In this document: positions 24,838 to 36,708 of the stretch, one piece after another
Numbering within the stretch: position 1 is the first letter of the stretch
Layout of the letters: the number at the start of each line of letters is the position of its first letter
Translations under genes and position numbers: made by a program
The notes under the pieces: generated by a model
Databases searched by the model: none
Told to the model about the DNA's origin: nothing
The model's input: the letters and a program-made list of their open reading frames with translations, nothing else
Assembly (NCBI GenBank): GCA_048013815.1
Contig: CM106586.1
Coordinates: 24,304,001-24,368,000 of the forward strand
Direction: 5' to 3'
Source: Setoptus koraiensis
Lineage: Eukaryota > Animalia > Arthropoda
Length of the DNA stretch: 64,000 nucleotides

Positions 24838-25557
24838 ATGAATTTAAGTGATGGACTAGAGTACGCCCTAAATCTTAATTATACAAAGAATCAATACGAA
24901 GAGGCAATCACCAAGATTCATCCTCAAGCTGACCACAACCAATTGTTGAGCGCTCTTGCATCTGCGACCGTAGACCTAAACAATGACCAAACTGACAATG
25001 TCTACAGTAGTGGTAGTGTGACCCAAACCACCAAACTAAGGCTAATCTTTATAGATGGACAAAATGTGGGCAAATATAACGGCCACGAGGAAGAATTTTC
25101 GTGGCAGGACGTAAAAGCATGCTTTGATTATTTCGATCGGCTGGGCCATGATGTAACAGTTGTTATGCCCCTAAGTAAATGTGAGGGTTTAAATGGATCA
25201 CTCGATGCAAACCTAAGGAGAAGTCTTATGAAGATACCTCCAGGATCTAGTGACGACCTGTTTTTATTAGAGATAGCAACCAAACATGACGGAATAATAG
25301 TTAGCAATGACCAGTTCAGGAATGAAACGAGGAATAATGAGAAATACTGCAAACGGTTGGTGGATTCACGAAGGCTCCCTTATTCTTTTTGGAAGGGTAA
25401 ATTTGAGCCACATCCGTTTCCACAAGGCGAAAAGTTGGAAGATTTCTTGAAAGTACCGCTTCAAAGATCAAAATCTGATAATAGCTATAGAAGAAATCGT
25501 CGTAGACTGGCGGCCAGTAGATCTTCCTTGCGATCCAACCCTCCACAGGGACAATGA
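24838..25557 (+). CDS. Regnase/ZC3H12-like NYN (PIN) ribonuclease with N-terminal UBA-like domain and no CCCH finger, 239 aa, intronless
   Basis: LEYALNLNYTKNQ..ADHNQLLSAL resembles the Regnase N-terminal domain. IFIDGQNV, SDDLF, GIIVSNDQFR and RRLPYSF match NYN motifs. An in-frame stop at 24817 precedes the ATG. Confidence 0.85.
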   Translation: MNLSDGLEYALNLNYTKNQYEEAITKIHPQADHNQLLSALASATVDLNNDQTDNVYSSGSVTQTTKLRLIFIDGQNVGKYNGHEEEFSWQDVKACFDYFDRLGHDVTVVMPLSKCEGLNGSLDANLRRSLMKIPPGSSDDLFLLEIATKHDGIIVSNDQFRNETRNNEKYCKRLVDSRRLPYSFWKGKFEPHPFPQGEKLEDFLKVPLQRSKSDNSYRRNRRRLAASRSSLRSNPPQGQ

Positions 25558-26108
25558 TTATAACAAGTGCGCATTTTGAAGCCAGTTCAAACAAAACGCT
25601 TTACCATTTAGAATCACAGAAAGTAATATCTATCAAATAATAAACATATGTAATATATTATTTAAACTTAACAATATATTATTAGATAAGTTTATCTTTT
25701 GTAGTTAAAAAGTTGTCTAACCTTACATCTGGTTGGCATATCGTTTATTTTATTACATTGCATACAAACAGGTGGGAAACAGCGATACTTTTCTCTTATA
25801 CTTTCGTGGTGCAAAATTATCGATAGCAATTCTTCAAGAGTAATTATAGTAGGATGATAGTTGGATACTTCTTCCGCTCCTGCTCACTGGTGCAAATGAT
25901 CTTTGTTTATTTCTATGAGATTCGCGGTTGTTATTGTTTGCTGTGGGAAAGATTATAAATTATGAGATCGGCTTGACTCATTCCTTCAAGATGACAATAC
26001 ATGATGATACTGATAGAAGTAGTAATAATGGTAATAGTAACAGTATCAATAATAATAGTAATAATAATAGCAGTAATAATAATAGTTAATAACTGGGTAT
26101 ATATGTAC

Positions 26109-26110
<2 letters not shown>

Positions 26111-26156
<46 letters not shown>
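26111..26156. repeat. (AT)23 microsatellite
   Basis: Directly visible, in the probable 3' UTR of brat. Confidence 0.95.
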
Positions 26157-26158
<2 letters not shown>

Positions 26159-26477
26159 ATAATCAGTCATCTCGTTGTTTCTTAGTGTTGACGATCATGA
26201 AGTTGGTAGACCAATTTGATTTACAATTTATATTTGAAGAATGATACGATCCACTTGCATAAATCTCTATTTCCAAATGGTTTAAGAAATTCGTGGCTTT
26301 CCCGCACTTCTTAAATGTTGCTTGCTTGTTATCGGAGGCTTCTCGCTAATTTTTTATAATCCCTTATGAGCTAACTGACAATGCTGGGTTTGACCGCTCC
26401 GATACTTTCTATACACAAACTTTGCAATCAATGATTACATATAGTTATATAACTGTCCTTATATAAATATAAATAAT

Positions 26478-26725
26478 AGTAATAATAATAGTAATAGTAA
26501 TAATAATAATAATAGCCGATCTGGAACTAAAAATTTCATAATAAAAATGATAATAGCAATAATAATAAAACTGATGCAATAATAATAAATATAATCAATA
26601 ATAATAATAATCAATAATAATAATAATCAATAATAATAATAATAATCAATAATAATAATCAATAATAATAATAATAGAAATGATCAATAATAGAAGTAAT
26701 AGCAATAATAATCAATAATAATAAA
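26478..26725. repeat. Imperfect (AAT)n / CAATAATAATAAT tandem repeat directly downstream of the brat stop
   Basis: Directly visible. It reads as a (UUA)n/AUUAUUG-rich tract in the minus-strand mRNA. Confidence 0.85.
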
Positions 26726-26728
26726 TAA

Positions 26729-29041
26729 CTAATTAAAGGTTGCTATAGCTGCCAAGGCTTGCACCTGTAGGTAGCGATAAATATATATCCTGTAATCCTT
26801 TGATGCAAGTACAACTGAGTTGTCATCCATCAAAGCAACATCAAAACATTGTGCGTGCTTAACCTTGCTTTCCAAAGCGTTGATTAGTGACCCATCTTGA
26901 GAGAAAATTGTTATATTGAAGTTGTTGTGATTGTCAGCAACTAATATTTCACCAGCATCGTTTATACACACTCCAATAGGATAATTCGTCAGTCCTTCGC
27001 CTCCAATCTGACGCAAGAAGACTCCTTCGTAACTGAATACTTTCACGCAATGGGCGCGATTATCTGATATGAATATTTCTTGTTTATCATTGACAACAAC
27101 ACCGTTTGGGAACTCTAAATGCTTTGAACAACCAAACTTTTGCAATGCGTTACCCATTTGATCAAATATAATAACCCTCATAACTTTGCATTCAACAACT
27201 ATTATCCTTCCTTTGTTGTCAACTGTGACACCTCGAGGATGTTGTAATATATTAGCGCCGAATTTGCGCACAAACTGTCCATATTGATTATATATCTGTA
27301 TCTGGTGTGTGGGAGATCTCTCTGTGACAATAATGTCTCCAGAATTCTTAACAACAGCAACACGATTTGGGTACAACAATTGGCCATCGCGCTTGCCACA
27401 CTCGCCAAATTGAAATTTGAAGCGACCTTCTTTATCGAATATTTGTATTCGATGATTATTAGTATCTGCGACGATAATATCATTTTGAGCATTCACAGCC
27501 ACTCCTGATGGCTCAGTAAATTGGCCTTCCATGACGCCAAATTCTCCAAATTTACAATGATAGATCATTTTCTGTCGTTTGCATTGCGACTTTATAGGTA
27601 AAAGCGAAGCTGAGTTTATCAGTTTGGCTGACAAATCCATCAAAGGGTCGTTGAGTGCTGAATTAAAATGATCCGTTGTAGCCAAAGCGGAATTGTTAGC
27701 AACAACTGGATTGAATACAAGACTTTGGTCTGGTGATCCAGTTCCACCTAAGGAGCTCACTGCACCACCAAGGGACCATTTTTCATAATAGCTCGTTATT
27801 GAGTCAGTCAGAGAGGTTGTACCGCTAGTAAAAACACTTCCATTTGAATTTACAGCACTGCCATTGAGGCCTGCAGTCGTAGCAGTTATGGATGATTGTC
27901 GACTTGACGAAGATGATGATGAGTTTGTGTGACTTAAAGATGAGCCATTGCCAGTGGAACCACTTCCCACTGGTGATGTCTGATGATGATTCGAATTGAA
28001 TATCTTTTGCAATAGTGAGTCTTGATAACTTCCGTTAGTGTGGCTAGTGACACCACCTAAACTGCCAATGATGCCGTTAGATGAAACACAATTGCTTGTT
28101 ATTACATTGGTGGGATTATTGCCATTAATATGGCCGTTGGTCATCGAAGATGGCGAAGGTGATGGACTACAGAATCCATTCGTTGCGTTGACAATGTGTT
28201 GCTGATGATTTTGTATACTTGCATTGTTAGAATTATTTTGCTGATTATTACTAATAGTGTTAGTTAGTGATAATGTTCCGTTTTGTTGTTGATTTGGTTG
28301 CGGTCTACTAATGGGCGGTTGCTTATTAACATTTGACATGTCGCTCATTGTGGATGATGTAGCCTTTATGAAACCAAATGTTTGATGAACAGCTTGTTGG
28401 ATGGATTGAAAATTAGACACGAATTCCAGATCTCCATGAGGTATTGTATTAATATCTGGATTAAAGTTGTAAACTGGTTGCAATTTATTATCTAACATTT
28501 GTTTGAACACAAACAATTCAGCTGGAGAGGTAAGTTTGCGAATTCTTTCAGAGAACAATGAAATCTGTTGTGATTTCCTAACAATTTCCTCAACTTTACT
28601 AGTCAAAACATTCAGACTGGTCATGCGAGTATTGAAGACATCATCTAGCTCTTCTGCCATCTTTTGTCTATAATCATCGAGCATCTGTTGAAATAGTTGG
28701 AAGGTTTCGTGAATATCATTCTGAGCTTTGGCGTATTGAATTTGTAACTTGGATTTATTATGTTCCAACGTTTTTAATGTAACATTAAATTCCGAAATTT
28801 TCTTTCGCCCTTCATCAATAACACTAAGTAACTGTTCAACATGTTTAGGTGCAACATCTGATAATGGTTCATGCTCGTGTGAATGATGATCAATGAAGGT
28901 GCATTCGCGACAAATTGGCTCATCGCATGTTCGACAATAATATTCTAAATCAACGTCTTGGTGCTTGCTACAATTGATGGGTATGGGTTGAAGGGCAGCA
29001 TTTTGGTTTTGGTTGGCTTGTTGCTGTTGTTGTTGCTGCAT
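26729..29041 (-). CDS. brat: Brain tumor-like TRIM-NHL RNA-binding protein (one B-box, coiled coil, Ser/Asn-rich linker, NHL propeller), 770 aa, single coding exon
   Basis: B-box CSKH..YYCRTCDEPICRECTFIDH. The NHL region KRQKMIYHCKFGEFGVMEGQFTEPSGVAVNAQNDIIVADTNNHRIQIFDKEGRFKFQFGECGKRDGQLLYPNRVAVV is essentially the Brat signature. Splice acceptor at 29109. Confidence 0.96.
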   Translation of the reverse strand: MQQQQQQQANQNQNAALQPIPINCSKHQDVDLEYYCRTCDEPICRECTFIDHHSHEHEPLSDVAPKHVEQLLSVIDEGRKKISEFNVTLKTLEHNKSKLQIQYAKAQNDIHETFQLFQQMLDDYRQKMAEELDDVFNTRMTSLNVLTSKVEEIVRKSQQISLFSERIRKLTSPAELFVFKQMLDNKLQPVYNFNPDINTIPHGDLEFVSNFQSIQQAVHQTFGFIKATSSTMSDMSNVNKQPPISRPQPNQQQNGTLSLTNTISNNQQNNSNNASIQNHQQHIVNATNGFCSPSPSPSSMTNGHINGNNPTNVITSNCVSSNGIIGSLGGVTSHTNGSYQDSLLQKIFNSNHHQTSPVGSGSTGNGSSLSHTNSSSSSSSRQSSITATTAGLNGSAVNSNGSVFTSGTTSLTDSITSYYEKWSLGGAVSSLGGTGSPDQSLVFNPVVANNSALATTDHFNSALNDPLMDLSAKLINSASLLPIKSQCKRQKMIYHCKFGEFGVMEGQFTEPSGVAVNAQNDIIVADTNNHRIQIFDKEGRFKFQFGECGKRDGQLLYPNRVAVVKNSGDIIVTERSPTHQIQIYNQYGQFVRKFGANILQHPRGVTVDNKGRIIVVECKVMRVIIFDQMGNALQKFGCSKHLEFPNGVVVNDKQEIFISDNRAHCVKVFSYEGVFLRQIGGEGLTNYPIGVCINDAGEILVADNHNNFNITIFSQDGSLINALESKVKHAQCFDVALMDDNSVVLASKDYRIYIYRYLQVQALAAIATFN

Positions 29042-29248
29042 GATTCAGTGATGAATTGGTGCTGATTTGGGTGTTTATTCGGTGTTGATTTGATATTGAT
29101 GATAATGTCTGAAATGATGATATATAAATACAACAAAATATATAGTACAATGACGCGCCCGACGACGACCAATTCTACACTGCATTTGTCCGTCTGTCTG
29201 TCTTTACGCGACTCTGTGAGTGTGTCTGTCTCTCTCAGTGTGTGATTG

Positions 29249-29249
<1 letters not shown>

Positions 29250-29289
<40 letters not shown>

Positions 29290-29389
29290 GCTTGTGTAGG
29301 TAAGTGCGAGTGTTATCATAAGCGTCCGTCTGTGTGATTGTCTGTGAGTGTGCGTGTGCATAGAAGCATTGGCGGCGCTGTCGCGAATG

Positions 29390-29433
<44 letters not shown>

Positions 29434-29454
29434 AACACACACACAAACACACAC
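29250..29454. repeat. Opposed (TG)n and (CA)n microsatellites
   Basis: (TG)n at about 29250-29290 and (CA)n at about 29390-29454. They are mutually complementary and explain several spurious CV/TH ORFs. Confidence 0.9.
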
Positions 29455-32400
29455 AATATATAGGGTGTCAAGATCAACTGGGCCTGGAGTTGGACAAACT
29501 GTGCTGCACACAAGCACAGAACGTTCTGCGGATCGGACTGTATTGCCTGTGATCAATACAATATGTGTAGATTGATTTTTCTTTACTGGATTCTATGTAA
29601 ACTGTGCACAAATACAATCTGTGCATGTCTAGCATCCGCTGCACTTCTTTTGATAGTGCATTTCAGTGGAGTGAACAAACCAGTCGATATTATAACACCC
29701 TATATAGGATAACGACGGCTCAGTTCGCGAATGTACCGACATTAGCGACCATAGCGGCGACGCCGCAAAACACACACATATTGATGGACACACAGAGCGC
29801 GTGTATTCATGTGCGCGTCTCTATGTTTGCCGTAGTGGGTGAAACAATCAAATTACCCAACAGAATTGTCGACCGCACGCTGGCTTTGGCAATGCTTCCG
29901 ACAAAGCGAACAGTGAACATAGGCACAGATTGTGAAACTGTACTGATGGACAATTTGATCGCGCACACAACAGACACGCATAATGACCGTCACTAGCAGC
30001 ACACAGACGAACATTTTGAACGTTCTGTGCTTTTGTGCGACACACAGTACTCCACAGCCGTGAGACTTGATGCTGCCACCCTAAATCAGATGTATCAGCT
30101 GCTGCTGTTGGCGCGTCCGTTTGTCTGTGTGTGCGTGTCTCTTTGTGCTGGCTTGTTCAAGACACAAAATCGCGCCCTCTCTTCTGCTCTCACTCTCGCT
30201 CTCGCTCTCTCTCTCTCGTTCGGCATGCAGTGTTCGACACACAGACGCACAAACAAGCGTACGAGAGGAAAGACACGCACGCACACGCACACAGTGTGCG
30301 GCACACAAATGGCCAATTGGAGTGAAGTTGAGTGTTCCATTGGAAGCTATACTCGCTGCAGACCACACTACAGCGTAGAGTATAGCAGCACAGCAGCCGA
30401 AATGTTCTATCGCTGTTTGGACTGTCGTTGTTGTTGGTTGGTTCGTTCGTTCGAATTGTGACGGAGGTTTTCTGTCGTTCTTTCTCTGGCGATTCGCGCT
30501 CGTCCGTGCGTTCAACACAGACGGACACACAAAAGTCGTCAGATCGTGGAGTGCGCGAAAGACAGCCAGTAGCTTGTGTATCCATATTGAATACATGAAT
30601 ATATTGTGCCTACCAGTGTTGTTGTTGAAACTTGGAAGCAGTGTACAACACCTCTGTCTCTACTCCCCTTGTTGTATCTGGTTGTATAGGTGCAGTACAA
30701 CTAAGATTCGACAGGGGAAAAAGAGCACCATCTTTGTGACAACTAAATATATGGACGAACTGTGCACAATGTTGATGGCCGTTTTCAGAATGAGAAGAAC
30801 AAAAATATTGTTGGACGGAATGGAAACATTGACAAGGCCACATAGAACAAGTCTATAATCTACACTTACAAGTACCATGGTGGAGATTCTTTTGCCTCCA
30901 AAAGCCATGGACACACCACAATAACGGCAAAGACGAGAAACAGTAGTGAAAGCTGTCGATGTGTATCCAACAAACAACACACACACGCACATCCAACAGT
31001 GTTGCAAATGGCAAAAGTACCGACCGGCCAGCGCGACGGCTGTTATTCGCATTCAGCGTTTCACTAGGTATATTTCATATTCTTAGACTGCCCCTTCAAC
31101 TGTGCACGTATAGTCACTGGCCCTGATTCTGGTTGCAATCTTTACTAGGTCTACCCTGCAGTAAAGGCTCTCGTCACTCTTGCTAGAAGGGGTACTAGGT
31201 GCAAGACTTGTGCCGCTTCGGCTGCGAACCTGTTGGAAATGGTAAAAGTACCAATGAAGTGGCAGAGAAAAAAGTACTTCTTCGAAGTAAACACAGTGAA
31301 ACATTTCTGACTAGATGAATGAAAGTGAAAATATGAAGCTGCCAATTCGCCGAGACTCTTGTTGTATTGCTTTAATTGCGCGACTTTCCGGCGACATTAC
31401 AATCTTGACTCACAATGTAAATTCTATTATCGACATTGACCCACTTGCGCCCATGCAAGCAGCTAGCCGGCTCATAATTGTTGCTTATTAGCTTGATACC
31501 GGTATCTGCTAGTAACTGCACCGACACGTAGTAGTCATTGTCCCAGTGTATTAGTGCACGTCACTAATCGCTGATTAGTATGATAATATTGTGTTGTTGT
31601 TATTGTCATTCTTTCTTATTGTTCATCCGCAACCATTGTTACCTATTTGGTTATCGTATTGGCACCATTTAAATTATCAAACTAGATCGATTTAGCTGAA
31701 TACCTATTGTTCTTTATTGTTGTCAGATGATGCTAATTGTGTGACAATAGCAGCATCTCATTTAGATACTTTTGCTCATCAATAACAAAGAGAGCCTCGA
31801 AAATTATTTAGTGAGAGTGTGTACCAATTTTCACAATGTTGCAATAAGATAGTTGAGAAGCAATGAAATTAATATTTTACTTATGACAACGACTCTCCAA
31901 CTATATGAATTTCTCTTCTTTTATTTAGTATTCTGTATAATTAGTTCTAGAGATGACACACTCTTGCATCGTTTGACCACGCAACGCCTGCCATATAACT
32001 ACTACTATGGCTATCACACTTATGCCATCTTATCGCGCCTGTAGAAACCGACACTCACTTTCGTCAATCAATTAGACAGTTGCTGACATGTTCTTAATAT
32101 ATTCTGCACATGTCAGATTGCTCGGTTTACTCGCCAAATCGATACAACTAAGGACTCATTTGCCAGAGTATAAAAGTTTTTGCTAAATGTCTAATCAGTT
32201 TGGCATCAGTATAAAATTGGTGCATTAAAAATTTTCCAAGATACAACAGTGGATAATGGAACACACAGTCTCACAAGGTATTGTCAGGTATTTCTCCAAG
32301 CAGGCGCATGTGTCTTTCATTCTGACAAATGAATGGGTCTGAATTGCCGCCACAACAGCTATTGATGGTTGCTAGATTCAGGAAAAGGACGATCGAGGGC

Positions 32401-33597
32401 GCTTCATAATATCGTTTAGATACCGAGTGATCTACTGTGTAAAACTCGACAAATGGTTGAAGAAATGAAAATTGTAGACGTAAAAACGTTTGAGCGCTCT
32501 TGCGCACATAACAAAGAGAATCAATTATACAGTGCTATTCGCGAACTATTTACGCGAGACACTAGGTGATTGGCGCTGCATTTCGAAACGCTATGAGCGC
32601 CTCTTGCGGAGTTTTCTATGCTTCGATCTTGTGTGTGGTGTGGCTCTGACAGCAGCTGCAACAACGTATTTTGGTTCGTTCACAATGTCAGATAACAACG
32701 AAAACTGGATGCAATGGAGGAAGAAATATAGTGTGAGTTCGAAAGAAGTTGCTCCAGCGTATAATCTATACACAGCGATGGTTGTCGTTGTTGAAGCCAT
32801 AACCGACACTCACTGTTCGTGTATATCCAAATGAGAGTGTATAGAAGCAGCAAACATCGGCCACGGCAACATTGGCTGTTGTTGCTGCTGTTCACAACTG
32901 CCACCACTCGCGCAGTTGTTAATATAGAGAGCGCCTCCTACTGGCGACGACCGTAACACTGGGTCGGTCACGGTCGTGACCCCTGCGCATCCCCCCTGCG
33001 TGATTACATAATATGCGCAGAGTATGGTGAGCAGCCTGCTCGTGGCACATTTACATTTACTGTGCGCGACTGGCGACGGGCGACAAGCAGCTTTCAGCTA
33101 TCGACAACGAATATCGCCACTCTTTGTTCTGTATCTAACAGTATAGCGAAGTTGTTATACTATACAGCTGCCCCATGCAAACAGTTGACTCAACTGACTC
33201 AGTTGAGCCATGATATAGCTGCTCTTCTTATGCTCTATGCAATGTCCATCAGTTGTTTGTCTATTGCACAATATGAGATGTCGGGCATGAGATAGCGGTG
33301 AAGAGAAGAGAGGAGCCTCTATCAGCAGTATGGGTGGTACCATTGTTGTTTGTCGGAAGGGGGACGGGAGCGAGGTAGGGGGCGGTGTTGTTACGGCGGA
33401 TCTGTGGCAAAATGGGTAGTCGGCATTGGAGAAACGGCTCGACGAGTTCAAGAGATTTGCAGGAGAATTGGAACTACTGGTGGTAACTGGTTTAGTTTGG
33501 GTCCCAATAACTGAACTTATCGAAGTAAAGTTGAGTGTGTTGAATGAATTGAAATAAGCACAAATGCTTAGTACAGAAACAAGAGAATAGCATCGAA

Positions 33598-33679
33598 TTA
33601 TGCAACCTTTTCCGCCATTGTGGCCGCCATCTTGTGTGTAGAGAACTAGACTGATTTTCGTTTTGTTGCTTTTATATAT
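33598..33679 (-). promoter_or_regulatory. Putative distal core promoter (TATA, Inr, two YY1-type motifs), possibly for brat
   Basis: On the minus strand: TATATATAAA at 33679-33670, Inr TCAGTC with A at 33652, then AAGATGGCGG and ACAATGGCGG. Assignment to brat is inferred from orientation and a candidate leader exon at 31229-30870. Confidence 0.4.
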
Positions 33680-34804
33680 ACATGTACAAACGAATATATA
33701 AGTTGCGCGTAATAGTATTGTCGTAGTTCATTCACATTGCCGACGGGCGCGTTACATAATGCACAAATATTGGTGTATAAACAACAAACACACTATAGTA
33801 TATGTTATGTAATGTGCTTCGTGTATTCTCTGTTAGTGGCAATGCGCCATTGTGAATGATTTGTGATTGGTATGCCTTTTCTGATAGTAGTGGTAGTAGC
33901 ATACATGTAATGTAAAGCATGCAATAAAACGATGTGCCCAATTCCCTGATAGTGTCAATAACACTGGCACCTCTTCCTGGATAATCGTGTGATCAGGATG
34001 TTATGTGATGCATGTATGACGATGAAGAGACGGGGAGAGAGAGAGAGAGAGAGAGAGCGAATCACTTCTGCATGGCAAGGTTAAGTGAAACTACAAAATG
34101 GTGAGCCCATTTTCGTGATGATTAGAGTACAAACATGTGTGAGTTAAATTTAGTTAGCCGAATGCAGTGTCAGCCAATAGGAAGCGAAAGCTTATCTAGC
34201 ACATTGATTGTTGTTGTTATTATTATATAATTTAATATTGTGTCACACTACAACTTTTATCATCGTCAACCACCACTATTTATATAATGTCAAACTTTAT
34301 CATTGTTGTTATTATTTTTCTCTCCGGTGGTTTAAATGTACGCTTCACATTTTCATTGATACTGCGACAATAGGGAGAGAGTTCACTAACATCATTACGT
34401 AAAACTCGTCATAATCGTCACGATCGTCATAATTGCGCTGGTATCACTCACTTATACTCGCTAAACGCAGTGTGAATTGAAATTGGTGCTAAAATACACA
34501 ATGTAGATGTAAATGTAAATGAACTATCACATATGAGAGAGGGCCTACATGAGATAATGATCAAGATGGGTTGAATGAGCGCTTGATTGCAATCTAAAAT
34601 AGATTCCGAGCAAAAACAACAACGAGCTAGCAATATCGACCGATTGAGCTGACATTTGATTGATAGGAAGTTGTGCTAGCCATATCACCCTGTCTAGTCA
34701 TTTGGTTATTATTGTTGTTGCTGGTGGCACTGTTGAAATCATTGGCCGTATGGAGAGAAAACACAGTTGGAGAATATCCACCAATCTAGTGTTTGAAACC
34801 ATCG

Positions 34805-34807
<3 letters not shown>

Positions 34808-34862
<55 letters not shown>
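34808..34862. repeat. (CT)n microsatellite
   Basis: Directly visible. Confidence 0.95.
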
Positions 34863-34864
<2 letters not shown>

Positions 34865-35099
34865 GTCCACCGATTAGATTAACACTGTACGCACTTGCGC
34901 GGCACCGATAGCCTCCAATAGAGGCAACCTGTGATGCGGCAACAGGTGATTACTGTGAGAGTTTATACAAATTGCATGCCATAACTTACTATGTATAGGC
35001 ACTCACATATGCACACTGAACCAATGGTGTATCAGACTGGAGTGCCGGGCAAACCTGTGGCGTTTGAACAAATGCAGCAAAGTACACAGTATATGCTGT

Positions 35100-35103
<4 letters not shown>

Positions 35104-35146
<43 letters not shown>
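35104..35146. repeat. (AT)n microsatellite
   Basis: Directly visible. Confidence 0.95.
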
Positions 35147-35148
<2 letters not shown>

Positions 35149-36596
35149 TATACAGGCGCCTACGCTAGAGAGTCGGATACAACGAAGCCGAAAGTTACTA
35201 GGGTCAGCCATTGTCTTGTCGCGCACTTTTGATTGATTCTTATAATGATGTGTACTTGTTCTTCGTTCGCCACCAACACCACTACCGCCATAACTGCGGA
35301 CTACGACAACAACAGCAACAACATTCTCTGGCATCTACTTCTATCTACAACAAACTGCCTTTCAGTATGTTAGATTAGTCGCCACAGTGGAAGAGAGAGA
35401 GAGAGAGAGAGGGAGAATTGCAAGGTCATGTTCCAACATCCTTGTTGCTGCTTCACCTGTTATTACTTCTCCATGTTATTATTGTTGTTGCTGCGGCTGA
35501 CGGTGTTGCTACACCAACAACAAGTCTCTCTTCAGCCAATTGTGATACAACATGAGCATTTTGTGGGGAATAAGAAGACGAGAGTAAGCAACGTAACAGG
35601 TACACTAATAGCGCCTATCAGCGCAACTGCGCCGGTTGCACTGGTCACTCAACTACAATTCCAGGATTAAAGTTAGCCATTCTCAGCGGCTGCAACTGCA
35701 GCCATATTATGCGAGTGCCATTGTATATACATACAAACATTTGGAAATATATTGATGGTGGCCAATGGTGGACAATCAAGTTTATAACATAAAGCTATTT
35801 AAATAGGTCTCGCTATTTAACGATCATCGGTCGTTATATAAGCTTGGTGCTGCTGGTGCTGCTGCTACCGCTGCTATTCCTAGATAGAATAGCTTACAGG
35901 TGCATTCGATCAGGCAAATGATGCGCTGGTTATAGGAAGAAGAGAAAAAAGTAGATTGGAGATGGTCAATTGTAAAGTTACATAATCAATTGTGTGTGCG
36001 CAACCACTAGCCATCACACTGTGTGAGCTACAGTTTGCACATCTGATTATATGGAAGTGCATCACAAGAATGTATGGCCGAAGTGCATGGTATAAGCACT
36101 AACTAGACTAGCGAATTGTCATGCTTGTTGAGACATCTCCCCACAACAGCAGCAGCAGCAACAACAACAACAACATTACTGCTAATTGCTCCCGATGGCA
36201 TTGCGGTTGTTGCTATAAGGAATTCGCAGGTAAGAGTTGTATACGGGAATGAAGGTGCATGCAGTATCTATCAGTGGTGTCAGCATTAGGCAGTGGTTGC
36301 TTCTATTTGTAGTTTGTCTGTTGGTTGGTTGGTCGGTCGGTTGTTTGGTCGGAATGCCAGCCAGTTTGCAGTCACAGTGATAGCCATAGTGATTCTCATA
36401 ACAACTAGCTCACTCACCTTGAACCTTGTCAGGCCAAAAACATCTCTCTTCCGAAGCAACCTTTCATATAGTTGATGCCAAGATACGGAGAGAGAGCGAT
36501 TTAGTTGTTGTCGATGCCCATCACCACTGGCACTGCACAGCACTAATGCCGCGTTGTTATGGTGATGCTGATGTGAATATGCTCATGTTGTTCATG

Positions 36597-36708
<112 letters not shown>

